From assembly GCF_009914755.1 (NCBI RefSeq), contig NC_060947.1: 64,000 nt of DNA; one strand, 5' to 3'. This document shows, piece by piece, positions 1 through 14,275 of the stretch (positions are counted from its first letter, which is position 1; the number at the start of each line of letters is the position of its first letter). A program made the translations under genes and the position numbers. The notes under the pieces are model-generated. The model did not search any database. It had not been told where the DNA came from and was given only the letters and a program-made list of their open reading frames with translations. Source of the stretch: the human T2T-CHM13v2.0 reference genome, Homo sapiens.

Positions 1-618
1 TCCATGTTGGTAGGTTGTATGTGTCTAGGAATTTACCTATTCTTCTAGGTTTTCCAATTTAAAGGCATGTAGTTGCTCACAGTAACCACTGATGATTCTT
101 TGAATTTGTGGTATCCGTTGTAATGTCTCCTTTTTCATCTCTGATTTTATTTATTTTTGTCTTTCCTTTTCTTAGTCGGGCTACAGATTAGTAAATTTTG
201 ATTATATTTTCAAAGAAACCAACTTTTCATTTCATTGATCTTCTATGTTGTTTTCCTCATTTCAAGTTCATTTAATTGTTCTGATCTTTATTAATTTCTT
301 TTCTTCTATAATAAGTTTGTATTGAGTTTGTTCTTGCTTTTCTAGTTCTCTAAGATGCATCACTGAGTTATTTATTTGAAGAGTTTTTGTTTGTTTGTTT
401 TTATGTAGGCATTTACAGCTATCAATCTCCCCCTTAGTACTGCTTTTGCTGTATTCCAAAGATTTTGGTATATTGTGTTTCCATTTTCAGTTGTTTTGAG
501 AAATTTTTAAATTTTCTTCTTAATTTCTTTATTGACCCACTGACTCACTGATCATTTAGGAACATATTGTTTAGTTTCCATGTGTTTTTATAGCTTCCAC
601 AATTCCTCTGGTTATTGA

Positions 619-966
<348 letters not shown>

Positions 967-971
967 TGATA

Positions 972-1500
972 TTGTTTCAATTTTTTGAATGTTTTAAGAC
1001 TAGTTTTGTGACTTATTATATGGTCTGTCATTGAGAATGATCCATGTGCAGGGGAGAAAAAATGTGCATTCTGTAGCTGTTTGATGAAATGTTCTGTAAA
1101 TATTAGTTCCATTTGTTCTACTATGCAGATTAAATCTGAAGTTTCTTTGTTGATTTTCTGTGTGGAATATCTGTCCAATCCTGAAAGCGGGGTGAAGTCT
1201 CTAACTATTATTGTATTAGGGTATATCACTCTCTTCAGCTCTAATAATACTTGTTTTACATGTCTTGGTGTGCCAGTGTTGGGTGCATATATGTTTACAA
1301 ATGTTAAATCTTCTTGTGGAATTGACCCCTTTATCATTGTATAATGACCATTATTGTGTTTTATACTTTTCGTCTTTAAATCTGTTTTGTCTAATGTCAC
1401 TATACATACTCCTGCTCTTTTTTGGTTTATATTGGCATGGAATATCTTTTTCCATCTTTTTTTTTTAGTGTGTGTTTATCTTTATAGGTGAAATGTGTTT
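972..1500 (-). pseudogene. Degenerate L1 ORF2 endonuclease (APE) domain remnant
   Basis: Translation contains [28 protein letters not shown]; frame is disrupted and runs into an Alu. Confidence 0.85.
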
Positions 1501-1810
1501 CTTGTAGGCAACAGGTCATTGGGTCTTCTTTTGTTTAATCAGTTCAACCACTCTGTCTTTTGATTAGAGAGTTTATTTTATTTACATTCAATATTATTAT
1601 TGATAAGCAGGTACATACTCCTTCCATTTTGTTATTTATTTTCAATTATTTTGCAGTCTTTTTTTCTGCCTTACTGTCTTCCTTTTAGTGAAGGTGATTT
1701 TCTCTGGTGGTATTCTTTAACTTCTTGCTTTTTAGTTTTTGGGTATCCATTGTATGATTTTTGCTTTGAGATTACCATGAGGCTTGCAACTATTATCTTA
1801 AAACTGATAT

Positions 1811-2105
1811 TATTTTTTTGAGACAAAGTCTCGCTCTGTCACCCAGGCTGGAGTGCAGTGGCACGATTTTGACTCACTACAACCTCCACCTCCTGGGTTC
1901 AAGTGATTATCTTGCCTCAGCCCCGCAAGTAGCTGGGATTACAGACATGCACTACCATGCCCATCCAATTTTTGTATTTTTAGTAGAGACAGGGTTTTGT
2001 CACGTTGGCCAGGCTGATCTCAAACTCCTGACCTCAGGTGATCTGCCTGCCTCGGCCTCCCAAAGCGCTAGCCAGGATTACAGTCTTGAGCCACAGCAAC
2101 CAACC
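1811..2105 (-). mobile_element. Alu (AluS-like) inserted in L1
   Basis: Antisense Alu body (GAGACAAAGTCTCGCTCTGTCACCCAGGCTGG...). Confidence 0.93.
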
Positions 2106-2479
2106 TGATTTTTTAAATGGATAACAATAACACTGATTGCATAAACAAACATGCAAAAAAAAACTAATAAAAACTCTACACTTTAACTTCATCCCCCCAT
2201 TATTTTAACTTTTTATTGTTTTTCTTTATGTCTTATTTTGCTGTGTCTTGCAAAAATGTTGGAGTTATTATTTTTGATTGGTTCATAATTTATTCTTTCT
2301 ATTTCGAGTAAGAGTAGTTTACACACCACCATTACAGTGTTATACTAGTCTGTGGTTTTCTCTGTACTTACTATTAATATTCCCCATGAGTTTTGTATCT
2401 TCAAGTGATTTCTTCTTGCTCATTGTCATCCTTTTCTTTTAGATTGGAGATTTCCCTTTAGTATTTCTTATAGGACATG

Positions 2480-3620
<1,141 letters not shown>

Positions 3621-6600
3621 ATGGTATTGATATTTGTAAGTGTTCATCAGTGTCTGGGCATTAAAGAGAGTTAGATATTTATTGTAGTTTTCAGTGTCTG
3701 GGCTTGTTTTTCCCTATCCTTATAGGGAAGACTTTCTAGGAATTTGAAGGGACCTGGGCTCCAAGTCTAATAATGCTGTGGTTCTTGCAGACTCATAGAG
3801 GTACCTCTTTGGTAGTCTTGGATAATATCTGGAAGAATTCTTGGAATCACCAGGCAGAGAGTATGCTCTTTTCTCTTGCTTTCTCCCAAACAAATGAAGT
3901 CTCTTTTCCTGTGCTGAGCCGTCTGCAACTGGAGGTGTGGTGATGCAAGCACCTCTGTGGCCACTACCACTGGGACTTTGCTAGGTCATTCCTGAAGCCA
4001 GCGCAGTTCTGGCCCTTGCCCATGGCCTTCTCTTCAGGGTGGCAAGTTCCTATAAGCCCAGTGATGCTTTCTTAGAGCCAGGGATTATTCTATTCTACTG
4101 TGTCTAAGCTTGCCCTCAAACCACAATACAAAGTCCTTCCCACTGTTCTCTTCCCTTTCCACAGGCAGAGGAGCCTCTCCCTGTGGCCAGCAGTACACCA
4201 GTCCATGGGGGATTTCTTCCAGGCCACCGCTTATGTTCCCTTAAAGCCCAGGACCTCTTGCATCAGCCTGTGGTGAATGCAGCCAGGCTTGAACTCACCC
4301 TTTATGGCAATGGACTCCCTCTGGCCAAGGGCATGTCTAGAAATGCTGTCCAAGAGCCTAGGCGTGAACTCAGGAACCCCAAAAGACTGCTTGTTGCTCT
4401 ACCCCACTGTGGCCAAGCTGGTACCTAGGGTGCAAGACAAAGTCCCTTTTACTGTTCCCACTGCTTTTCTCAAGCAGAAGGAGTTTTGCCCTATAACCAC
4501 CACTGCTGATAATGCGCTGAGTTTCCCTGAAGCCAGCACATCTCAGAGGCTCACTAAGACCTCTGTGTAGTACCTGGGTATCACTGCTGGTTATTCAGAG
4601 CCCAAGGGCTCTTCAGTTAACAGGTGATAAATGCTGACAGGACTGCATCCTTTCCTTCAAGGCAGGAGGTTCCCTTTTGACCCAGGATGTGTCTAGAAAT
4701 ACCATGTCGGAGCTAAGGCTTGGAATGAGACCTTCTTGAATGTGCCCAGTGCCCTGTCCTACTGTGGCTGAGCTGGTATCTATGATGCAATACAAAGTCT
4801 TCTTTATTCTTCATTCTCCTCTTGTTAAGCAGAAAGTAGGAGTCCCTTTCATTGTTTTGAGCCGCACTGCCTGGGGTAGGGGGTGACATGGTGCAAGCAC
4901 TCCCATAGCCTCACCAGCTAGTGTCTCCTTAGGACACATGCCACTCTGTTCACTGGCTCTAAGTCGAGCCTAGCACAGGGAGTTCCCTAGGAATTGCAGA
5001 CCTTGTTTCCTAGACTGCTTTTCAAGTATATCAAAGATCCTAGAGCACGTTAGCTTGTGGTGGCAAGGCTTGATGGGAAACCCAAGTTCCAACAACTGGG
5101 ATGGCAGATTCCCCTCTGACTAGGGCTGGTCCAAATGCTCCTTCTGTGCATGAGTGCTGGCTGAGTTCGGCATTTATTTATTTACTGTGACAAGGTAGCA
5201 CTGAGTTCGATGTAAAGTCTCCCAGTCACTGCTCTCTGTCTTCCCAAAATGCACATATTCTTTCTCCATACCTCATGGCCACAACCTGGGGCTGGGGGAA
5301 GGGTGGCATCAGTGATTCAAGACTGTCTTTTCTGCCCTCCTCAATGCTTCTTTCCAGGTTATGAAGTTAAAGCCGTGTACTATGATTGCTTACCTGATTT
5401 TTAGTTCTTGTGATGGTGCTTTTCTGTGTGTAGATAAAATTTGGTGTTGCAAATGATAAGTATAGGCTTCTATTCCATCATCTTGCTCTGCCTTCTCTTT
5501 ACAACTGTGGCAATATTCATTGCAGAAAAGTGTGTATTGTCCTTTTACTTTAAGCCTATGCTGAAAATGAGAGAGACAATTCTCATTCCATATCTAATAC
5601 AATGAGTGGAAACTGGAAAGCTAACTGGTAAAAGGAGTGAGAATAAAATAAGATATCTTACCATGTTTCATCCACCTTACCTAATTTATATTCTCTAAAT
5701 ATCTGCAGAGCATTTATACAGGAAGCTGGAGGCAATGGAAGAGCAATATACTTGTATGTATGAATATATGCAGGATAGATTTTCAGATGAATAGGTAACT
5801 GATGGTCATTGTTGAATGGGTCAGTTCTTTAGGGGTAGTAGGAGTCTAAATGAGGCAGGTAGCCCCTTTAATGATGAGACAGTTAATCCGGATATTTCAA
5901 CAAAGATGGGGGTGGTTTGTTTTGTACAGAAAAATAGTTAAATGACTAGAATACTGGGAGGCCGTACCCATTTTGGAATTGTAGCAGGTGAATCTGATTT
6001 AGACTCATCCAGCTAGGATAAAAGCTGGCTATAAACATGTGTAGGACAATGTCAAGGTGCTGTTTGCAAGTGTTTCATGTGTGCATGATAGAATACAATT
6101 TGATGCTCACTAAGTTCATTTATTTTCTTTTCTTATGATGAATCATTTACACGTGGTCATTCAAAGATGCTTTGTTTCCATTAGATATGTTTATAAATGC
6201 ATGATTTTATAATAATCTGAATTAGAATGACCTGGGGAGCATGTTAAAAGTAAAATGTTCCTTTAGGTGGCTCTTGGATCCACAATAAGAAATATCTATC
6301 TCTTTAATTCCTTTTTGCCAATATGCTACTTTGTATGTAATACTTCTGTAATGAAAGACATTTTTAGACCAAACTGTCATTGGGCATTGGAAAAGTACAA
6401 AAACGATGGCAGTTTTTCTATATTCTGATAAAGTGAAGTTAAAGTGAGACCAGATTAAAAGATACGATTCAGTTTCATATAGAAAATAAGGCTTGTGGTA
6501 GTAAAGTTAGACATTTTCAGAAAATGCAAATGAATTTATTTATGTCTGAAAATGAAGAGGAAAAACAAACCTCCATGTTTCCTATTTTACACATTCATCT

Positions 6601-7366
6601 AGTTTTAAAAACTATAAATATACTAGTGCATCTTTAATAATACAATTTTTTTCTTAGTGTGCTTCAATACTCATTTTTATGTTATGTGAAAAAAAATTTG
6701 TTCTATTCATTCACCTATTGACCACTCAATTTAGCTTATAGGAAAATATAGATATTTGTGTGAAACTACAGTTATAGAGACAGAAATCAGAGATGGAAAC
6801 AATGCAGCAGATCATTTCATTTTTTAACAGTCAATATTTTTTCACATAATACACTTTGAGAATTTTTCTTACCCAATATTTAATTTCATGAGTAATGAAT
6901 CGTTTATTAATTTGTAAAGTGTTAATTCCAGCTGAAATTGTCATTTTATTTTCTCTATTTAGATAAATTACTTTTCTTTTTTTTGTTTTCCTTTCTTAAT
7001 ATTATTCCATCGCTCAAAATTCTATCTATCGTGGGGTTAAGTGCAATGTGTGTGCTATATCACATACAGAGAATTTACCGACAATAGCAGCCTTTCCAAG
7101 CCCTGTCTCTGTAACTAACCACTCCATGGGTATAGAGCTCACAGGTAAAAACTGATATAAGGAATGAAGCAAAACAAAGTTGCACAATATTTGCATGGGG
7201 ATACTTTTATTCTTAGTGGTAATTACACAGAGGGATTGTGTTCTCCTTCTTGCAATACTGGATTCTAGATTCAAAAATACTTGAAATGCTTTTTCTGGTT
7301 TCTACCTGCATCTCACGAGGCCTCTATTGGAATTCTATAATAACCAGCCATGGTATTTCCGTAGGT

Positions 7367-7559
7367 CAGTGGGTCTCTGAAACTTTTAGTGTTCAGGAAG
7401 CTCATCTGAGGCTCTTGAAAGCATGTTGATTTCAAGGTTCCACAGCTAGAAACAGCAATTTGGCAGGTCAGAAGTAAAGTTCAGGAAACTACGTTGTTAA
7501 CAGGTACCTCAGCACCTTTGAATGCAGGTGGCTTTTGAACTTAGCTTTGAGAAACACTG
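7367..7559. mobile_element. MER5A-like hAT-Charlie DNA transposon relic
   Basis: Terminal inverted ends CAGTGGGTCTC...GAGAAACACTG; ~190 bp, matching recalled MER5A. Confidence 0.6.
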
Positions 7560-7879
7560 ATTTCAGCTATGCCTACCCTGAGCAAATACCTAGTATGGGA
7601 TTTTTATTTGAATGAACAAATCATATTCACCTCTGTGGCATACAGTGTGTTGAATTGAAACAAAGAAGCAAAATGAGCTTTCATAAAGTGACTCAGACTA
7701 GGTATTATTTTAACGACTTTTTACAAATTATGTGAGCAATCTTCAGTTTGTTCAAGGGTATTTTAGTTTTCTTGGACTTAAATAAAGTTTCTATTTCAGA
7801 ATCATTCTGCTTCTTTAAAAGAAAAACTATCCAGATCCACAAAATTTACTTGTAAGAACTGAACAAGTTTCAATCACCT

Positions 7880-8060
7880 TTTTAATCTGATTAAATCCTC
7901 ACAAAAATTCAGTGTGAATAACTATCACCTTTTCATTTTACACATGGGGAAATTGAGCTCTATTGTGATCAATTTCCCCAAGACATGCATTTAGTAAGCA
8001 CAAATCCTGCCTCAAATATGTTTACTTCAGACCATAACTTGTTTTCTTTCCACTGTACTA
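7880..8060 (-). mobile_element. MIR fragment
   Basis: MIR core-like TTTTACACATGGGGAAATTGAG. Confidence 0.5.
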
Positions 8061-9171
8061 GGCAGTAGTGTACAAAAACATCAAGCATAATACCTAGAGG
8101 CTGTGGAAAGGTACTTCTTGTTGGTATGCCATGCCTTAATAAGGAAATGAAGGTATAGTAAGACTTCGGTAAAATTAATTGCATTGGAAGAGATGCCTGA
8201 ACTCTCCTTGTGATTGCAATTATTTATCTGAGTGGGCATGGGAGAGACAGAGAAATTGGTAGTAAAAGATAAAGAGAAAAAATTCCGTGTAAGGAAATAT
8301 GTTAGCCGCTAGCCCAAACATTCTTTCAATGACAGCAGGTTTATGGTCTCTAAAAAAGGTCTTGCATCGTTTTACTTGAATTCTTTTTATAACATTTTGC
8401 ATGTCTCTGAGAGAAAACCAATGAGAGACCACAGCAATTTTTTGTAATTGTTATGATCAAGTGAAGATGTGCCAAACTTCCTAGTGCAATGTAATGAGAG
8501 GCCAATGTTTATCACCCAGAAAAGGAAGCAAAAGACTCAGCTATAGTTTGTTCAGAAATCCTTCCAGTAAGGTCTGTGATCGATTAAATAGTTTCTCTGT
8601 TGGGTTTTACTGAGATCAAACTTTGATGCTCACAATGTAGAATAGACGTGTTAAATGGGTTGGAACAGGATCAGAATCATAAAGGCATGATTACACCAAA
8701 AGGGACAAATAACCAAAATTCCATAGCTTTTGTGGGACTGAGGGTACCCTCATCAAATATGTAAAATCTTCAAGTTATGTTATTTCAGTAAATCCAAATT
8801 AAGTCATTTATTTTTAATGGCATTTGGCTTTTTTGTTTCCTGACAGTTAACACAATATTCTGAGTTGAATACATAAATACAATAAAATTGACTTCTGCCC
8901 AGCTGGGCTTATTCAAAATTTCTAGATTCTCAGTTTTTATTTTCTGGCACCAAAAATACATAAAAAATCTTTGAGTATTCAAATGATCTCTTAAACACTA
9001 ATTTAGACCTAGCATGCTGGAAGTGTGTGTTAAAATCATTTGTGAAGAATGTACTTATTTGATAAACAAAGCCTTCTTCACTTGAAATATTGGAAATAAT
9101 TTCTGAGTTCCAAAACACTGACATTCAATGAACATTGCCTTTCATTACTTTTGTTAATACATCTTTTTATA

Positions 9172-9425
9172 CACATCATTTGTACAACAAAACTGTATAG
9201 CATCTATCATGGGTCAAGCATTGTGCTAGTTGCCAGGGAATAATGGTGAGCAAGACAAAAATGGTATTGGCCTTCACAGAGTTTATACTAACTTTGAGGA
9301 CAAAGAGGTAAGCCAGCCCCACAATCACAGTAAACTTTGAAGGTAACCTGATTTTTTTTTCATAGCCTTCACATGATACCCGGAAAGTAGTAGGCAATCA
9401 GTGTATACCTGTTGCATGAATAGAG
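9172..9425. mobile_element. L2 3'-end fragments (apparently both orientations)
   Basis: CAAGCATTGTGCTAG...GCCTTCACAGAGTTTATA and GTAGTAGGCAATCAGTGTATACCTGTTGCATGAAT resemble L2 3' termini. Confidence 0.45.
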
Positions 9426-9728
9426 GAAAACACAGTATAGCTGAAGGAACACCCGAGCAGACGTAAGGAAATATTAATCCTAGCTTTAACTCTATTGTTG
9501 AATGACCATGTAGTATATGCAAAATTGTTTCCACTTCATGAACTTCAGTTTGCTTTAATGTAGAATTAGAGTAGTCAACATTATGAAATTTATTTCATGC
9601 TACTTCCAACAATATATAACCATATAATACTGAAAATATCATTTTAAATGTTTGAATAAAGGCATTTATAATTGCTTCTACAGCAGGCCTCATTCCTGTT
9701 AGCTGCTTATATTAAATGTTTCAAAAAA

Positions 9729-9790
9729 GAAGGAAGGAAGGAAGGAAGGAAGGAAGGAAGGAAGGAAGGAAGGAAGGAAGGAAGGAAGGA
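9729..9790 (+). repeat. (GGAA)14 perfect microsatellite
   Basis: 14 uninterrupted GGAA units at 9732-9787. Confidence 0.98.
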
Positions 9791-11139
9791 CAGACATCAA
9801 GTACAAACAAACTCATCACATAAATCTCACTTCAATTATATAGTGCATAAACTTCTAAAAGTAAGAAACATATAGGAGTATTCCTAGACTAGTTTCTTGA
9901 GGGAACTTAAACTAAAGCTCAGATCTAAATATTTCCAGTTTGGCAAATTCAGAAATACCTTTATTTCCATTAGTATTTTTGACCTCCCAAAACTTAAATG
10001 AATATTTCACAAATCTTTCATTATAGTAATGAAAAAGGTTAAGTTGTTATTTATAATCAGATTTAGACTGTCATATTTTGAGTGTCTCGGTAGGGAAAAT
10101 AAGTGCTTTATAAAGAATATTACTGTTATTATTAGCCCTATGCTTGTTCCTGGAAACAAAATGGAGTAGTGTTTCCCTGTGGACTCAATAGACTATTAAA
10201 ACTATTGTGGCCCTCTTCTGCGTACCTGTTATCACCAGTTATAAAAAAAAATTGTCTCTTTATTGAAAGTTGAACTTCAGGGCTTTTTTTTTTTCTTTTA
10301 AGATGAAGATACTGGAAGACTTGGCATCTTTACAATATTTCAGTTTAAACATTCCAAAGGAACTGATCATGTTGCAAAATATTTATAAAATGTTTTATCT
10401 AATGTAATTAAATCCCAATAGTACAGAAAGCTTAAATCTTTCTTCATTTTTCTTCTTCATTTTTTACTTTTACAGAGAATGTATGCATTTTAGGCAACTT
10501 TTGCTCTACTTTTTGAAACTCAACATTAGATGTGTGTATACAAGTTTTGTTCATTTAGGTAAGTTTTCTTGAAACACGCTTATAATATTTGCAGGGATAA
10601 CATCTTCAAGTCATTTTAAGAGTGCTAATGAGTGATTCTTAGGATTTTTGGCAGAATGAGGGCAGTTATAAAAAGGAGCAGCAACACTGTTTGTATAGCA
10701 TGGTACCACTCTCTCGATTAACAGTACTTTACATTAAAATTTTGCTCAGCTGAGCAGCTGACTATGCTAATTCTTCAGAGTTGTGTTAAGCCTTACTCAT
10801 TTTTTTTCTAAGCCTACTTGCCAGGAATAGCATGAGAAAATGAACATTTTCAAGGTCAGTGAAAATGAGATCACATGGCTGCTTCATTGATATTGTCACT
10901 CAGTGTATTTTTGCATGTTTATTTCTCTGGAGGTCTTGATCTGATTGTAGGTGTTTCATGATTTGGTATGCACACACATACTCTCTCACACACGCCTATA
11001 TAGAATTGTCATGAATATCCATTTATCATAATACTTGTTTATTGTTCAATTCCCTAAGTTATAAGAGCCCAAGGAATCTGCTTCTCTCCCCAGAAAATTA
11101 ATAACAGCAAAAATTATCAACTTATGATTTGAAGACATC

Positions 11140-11295
11140 TGTATCTGCTTCCTGTTGCAAATGACAAATGTAGTCATTTGTAATAAATGGCTACAAACTT
11201 AGTGGTTTAAAACAACACAAATTTACAGTTCTGGAGGTTGGAGATCTACAGTGGGCCTCACTGGGATAAAATCAGTGTCAGCAGGCCTGCATGGT
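11140..11295 (-). mobile_element. MLT1 (MaLR) LTR 3' fragment
   Basis: CAAACTTAGTGGTTTAAAACAACACAAATTTACAGTTCTGGAGG is typical antisense MLT1. Confidence 0.6.
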
Positions 11296-11325
11296 GCATT
11301 GTACACAGTGGGTGCTTCACAAATA

Positions 11326-11879
11326 GAGTTGATTTTCACCATTTGAAGATTCTGTATTTGCAAATGCCGCTACTCTCTAAAATTTACTTGTAACCTCACA
11401 ATCAATACTCATGAAGCTTTTCAGTCATTCACGGACATGGACAGAGCAGCCACAAATGTGATGTGCCTCATGCTCGGGTTTCCAGCTGAGCTCCAGCAAG
11501 GCCCTGCTCTGCCCTGTTCCAGCTCTAATACAGAAATGACCAGAAGATAGAGATGGCAGGAAACAGTGCAATGTAGTGCAAGAAGCTCTGACTGAGACCC
11601 CCTTGAATGGGATTTAAATCCCAACTCTGATATCTGTTAGTGGGTGTCCTCAGGCAAGTCACTTAAAACTTATGAAGGCCATTTTCTCTTTTCTAAAGTA
11701 AAAAAAAAAAATAGAATCTACCAGGAAAAGTTTTTTTAGGCTTTAATTTGATAATCTATGTGAGATATGTGTACATATGTACATGTTTCCCCTAGGAGCA
11801 ATGTTTTAGTAAATTAGCTAATTCATAGTTCACAGCTACTTCATAGAACATGACTACTTCGAATAACAATAGCCAACTG
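11326..11879. mobile_element. MER6A-like TcMar-Tigger DNA transposon relic
   Basis: GATTCTGTATTTGCAAAT...CTACTCTCTAAAATTTACTTGTAACC... and end ...GAATAACAATAGCCAACTG; flanked by TA. Confidence 0.7.
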
Positions 11880-11990
11880 TATCTGTTGAATAAAGGAAGG
11901 AATCACTGACCCAGAAATATTATTATTTATTGTATGACCTTGTTACATGAATTGATGGTAACGGTTGCTCAGCGATTTCCCAAAGGATGT

Positions 11991-12473
11991 TGTGGTAGGC
12001 AGAATAATGCCCCTTCCCCAAGGATGTCCACATCATCTATGGAAACCATGAATATGTTAGATTACAAAGTGAAGGAGGATTATAGTTGCAGATATAATTA
12101 AGTTTGCTAGTCAGTTGACCTTAAAGTAGGGAGATTATTTTCATTATCTTGATGGGCCAATATAATCTCAAGAACTCTTCAAAGTAGAAGAGGAAGGCAG
12201 AGGAAGGTGAACAATGACTTGGCCCAGCATGCTGGCTCTGAAGATATAACAGGACCAAGATTCCAAGAGTGTAGCTGACCTGTAGAAGCTAGAAAAGGGA
12301 GGGAAATAGATTATCTCCCAGAATCTCCAGAAAGGAATGCACCCTGCTGTCACTTTCATCTTATCCCAGTGAGACTTACAGATTTCTGACTTTTGGATCT
12401 GTAACCTAGGAAATTTGTGTTAAGTGACAAAGTTTGTAGTAATTTGTTACAGTAGCAATAGGAAACAAATACA
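11991..12473 (+). mobile_element. MLT1D-like MaLR solo LTR
   Basis: TGTGGTAGGCAGAATAATG...GGAAACAAATACA; 5-bp TSD GATGT at 11986-11990 and 12474-12478. Confidence 0.85.
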
Positions 12474-12710
12474 GATGTCTCCAAATCATAAGTTGATAAT
12501 TGTTGCTGTTGTTGATGTTGTATTACTCGGAATGTATAAAAATTAACCTGGTACTAAAAAAGAGTCAAATGAGAACAATACCTTAGCTAAAAAGATTTCC
12601 CCTTCAATATCATTTGAGATCATGGGGTAAAAAAGGCTGGAAATGACAGCACAAGTTGGGAATTTTACCAGGAGCAACTGCTGGATATAGAAGAGGATTT
12701 AACTTGATCC

Positions 12711-13235
12711 TGTAGGAGAGGCAAAATTTTGCCCCTACCTTCTTAGGGATTTTTGGCTTCGGGACTGAAAATTATACCCATGTAAGACAGATAAACAGAA
12801 GAAAATGATACAAGTTTTTTCAATACAAGTTTTATGTGGCACAGGAGCCATCATAAAGAAATGAAGACCCAAAGACCCTGAGTTATTTATATGCTGAATG
12901 GGACAAAGTGTAATAAATTGTGAAAATATGACAAGGCAAAGCGGCTTTGGCTAGGTTAGTTATTTGGGTAGAGAAGTGACTGGATAGATAAAGTTAGTTT
13001 AACCAGGTTTGTTTGTACAGATTTTTCTCAGTCTCAGTTTCCTGTTCTTGGTGATAAAAATGTCCTTCCAGTATAGGGAAGACATCTTTCACATGGAAAT
13101 TTCATATCTTCCTTTTAAGAAACAGAATGAAAGTCAGACCGATCATGCACCTATTGTTTTTCAAGTTTCTTTAGTTCAAAATAATTCTTAGCACAAAGTG
13201 GCATACTTTGGAGCAGTGTGTTTTGAATTCCTTCA
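12711..13235 (-). mobile_element. ERV1 solo LTR, MER34/MER31-like
   Basis: TG...CA ends; minus strand starts TGAAGGAATTCAAAACACACTGCTCCAAAGTATGCCACTTTG. Confidence 0.65.
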
Positions 13236-13827
13236 ATACTAATAAAATCCACACCACATATTTCAAGCTCCAGAGAGAGTTGGATCTTCTACCAATGTAT
13301 CAAATGGGTCACATGATTTTGTAAAATTGCAAAAATGATATTAGTAAAATAATAATAGTAAGATACTGAAGAGTCCCCCTCATATTAAATAATTTTCAGG
13401 GCACAGAAAACCTAGCTCTGCCCCTGCTTGAATACCTTTCAGGAAACTTGAGAGAGATCTGACTCCAAAATGAAAACATGTGTCTCATGCACAGCTGTAC
13501 ATGTTTCCCTCCCCAGAACACATTTTCCACTGAGGGGAATTCATATGACAAGGACATACGAGGAGTGAGATAGGGATAGGAAGTAGTAGCAATTACATAA
13601 TTCATCTCCTGTTGATCAATTAAGCACTTACTATGTGGCTAATCATTGTAGGCTACAATGAGATCTATGACTCATTCCAATTTCACTAATAACTTGAAGC
13701 TTAATTGGGAAGATGAAATGCACATGGACACATCATCATTAGTATGATGTAATATACAATTAGGCACTAATAAATAAGGTACTGGAAACTAGAGAATAGC
13801 ACAATAAAATACAACTTTGGCTGAGCC

Positions 13828-13831
<4 letters not shown>

Positions 13832-13862
<31 letters not shown>

Positions 13863-13890
13863 TACAAACATACACATATATGCACACATA
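13832..13890 (+). repeat. (CA)n / CA-TA microsatellite
   Basis: Seen directly. Confidence 0.95.
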
Positions 13891-14064
13891 ACTCAAAATT
13901 GGTTTCATAGCAGAAGTGAGAACTTGATTTGATCTCAAGCCATGATGATTATATGATGGTTATTTAATTTGCAGCAGTGGCTAGAATAATAGCAAAATAG
14001 ACCAAAAATATGTTGTTTTATAAATACTGAATAGAATGGCTTTATTACAGAAAATTAAAGTACC

Positions 14065-14275
14065 CAATGGGCTGAGTACCTTACATCATTTATTTCAATT
14101 TATCTTTACAACAATACTCTGGGGTAGGTACAGTTTATTATCTTTGTTTCACTAATGGGGAAACTGAGACTTAGAATAGTTTAACAATTTTTTCAATGAT
14201 GTCACAAATCCATTATGTGGCAAAGCCAAGACCGAAACCCAGGCCTACCTGACACCACAGTCTAACTCTTATGCA
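14065..14275 (-). mobile_element. MIR
   Basis: ATGGGGAAACTGAGACTTAGA...GTGGCAAAGCCAAGACCGAAACCCAGG. Confidence 0.75.

Noticed and set aside
9672-9875. ORF with KEGR repeats
   Set aside because: Translation of the GGAA microsatellite.
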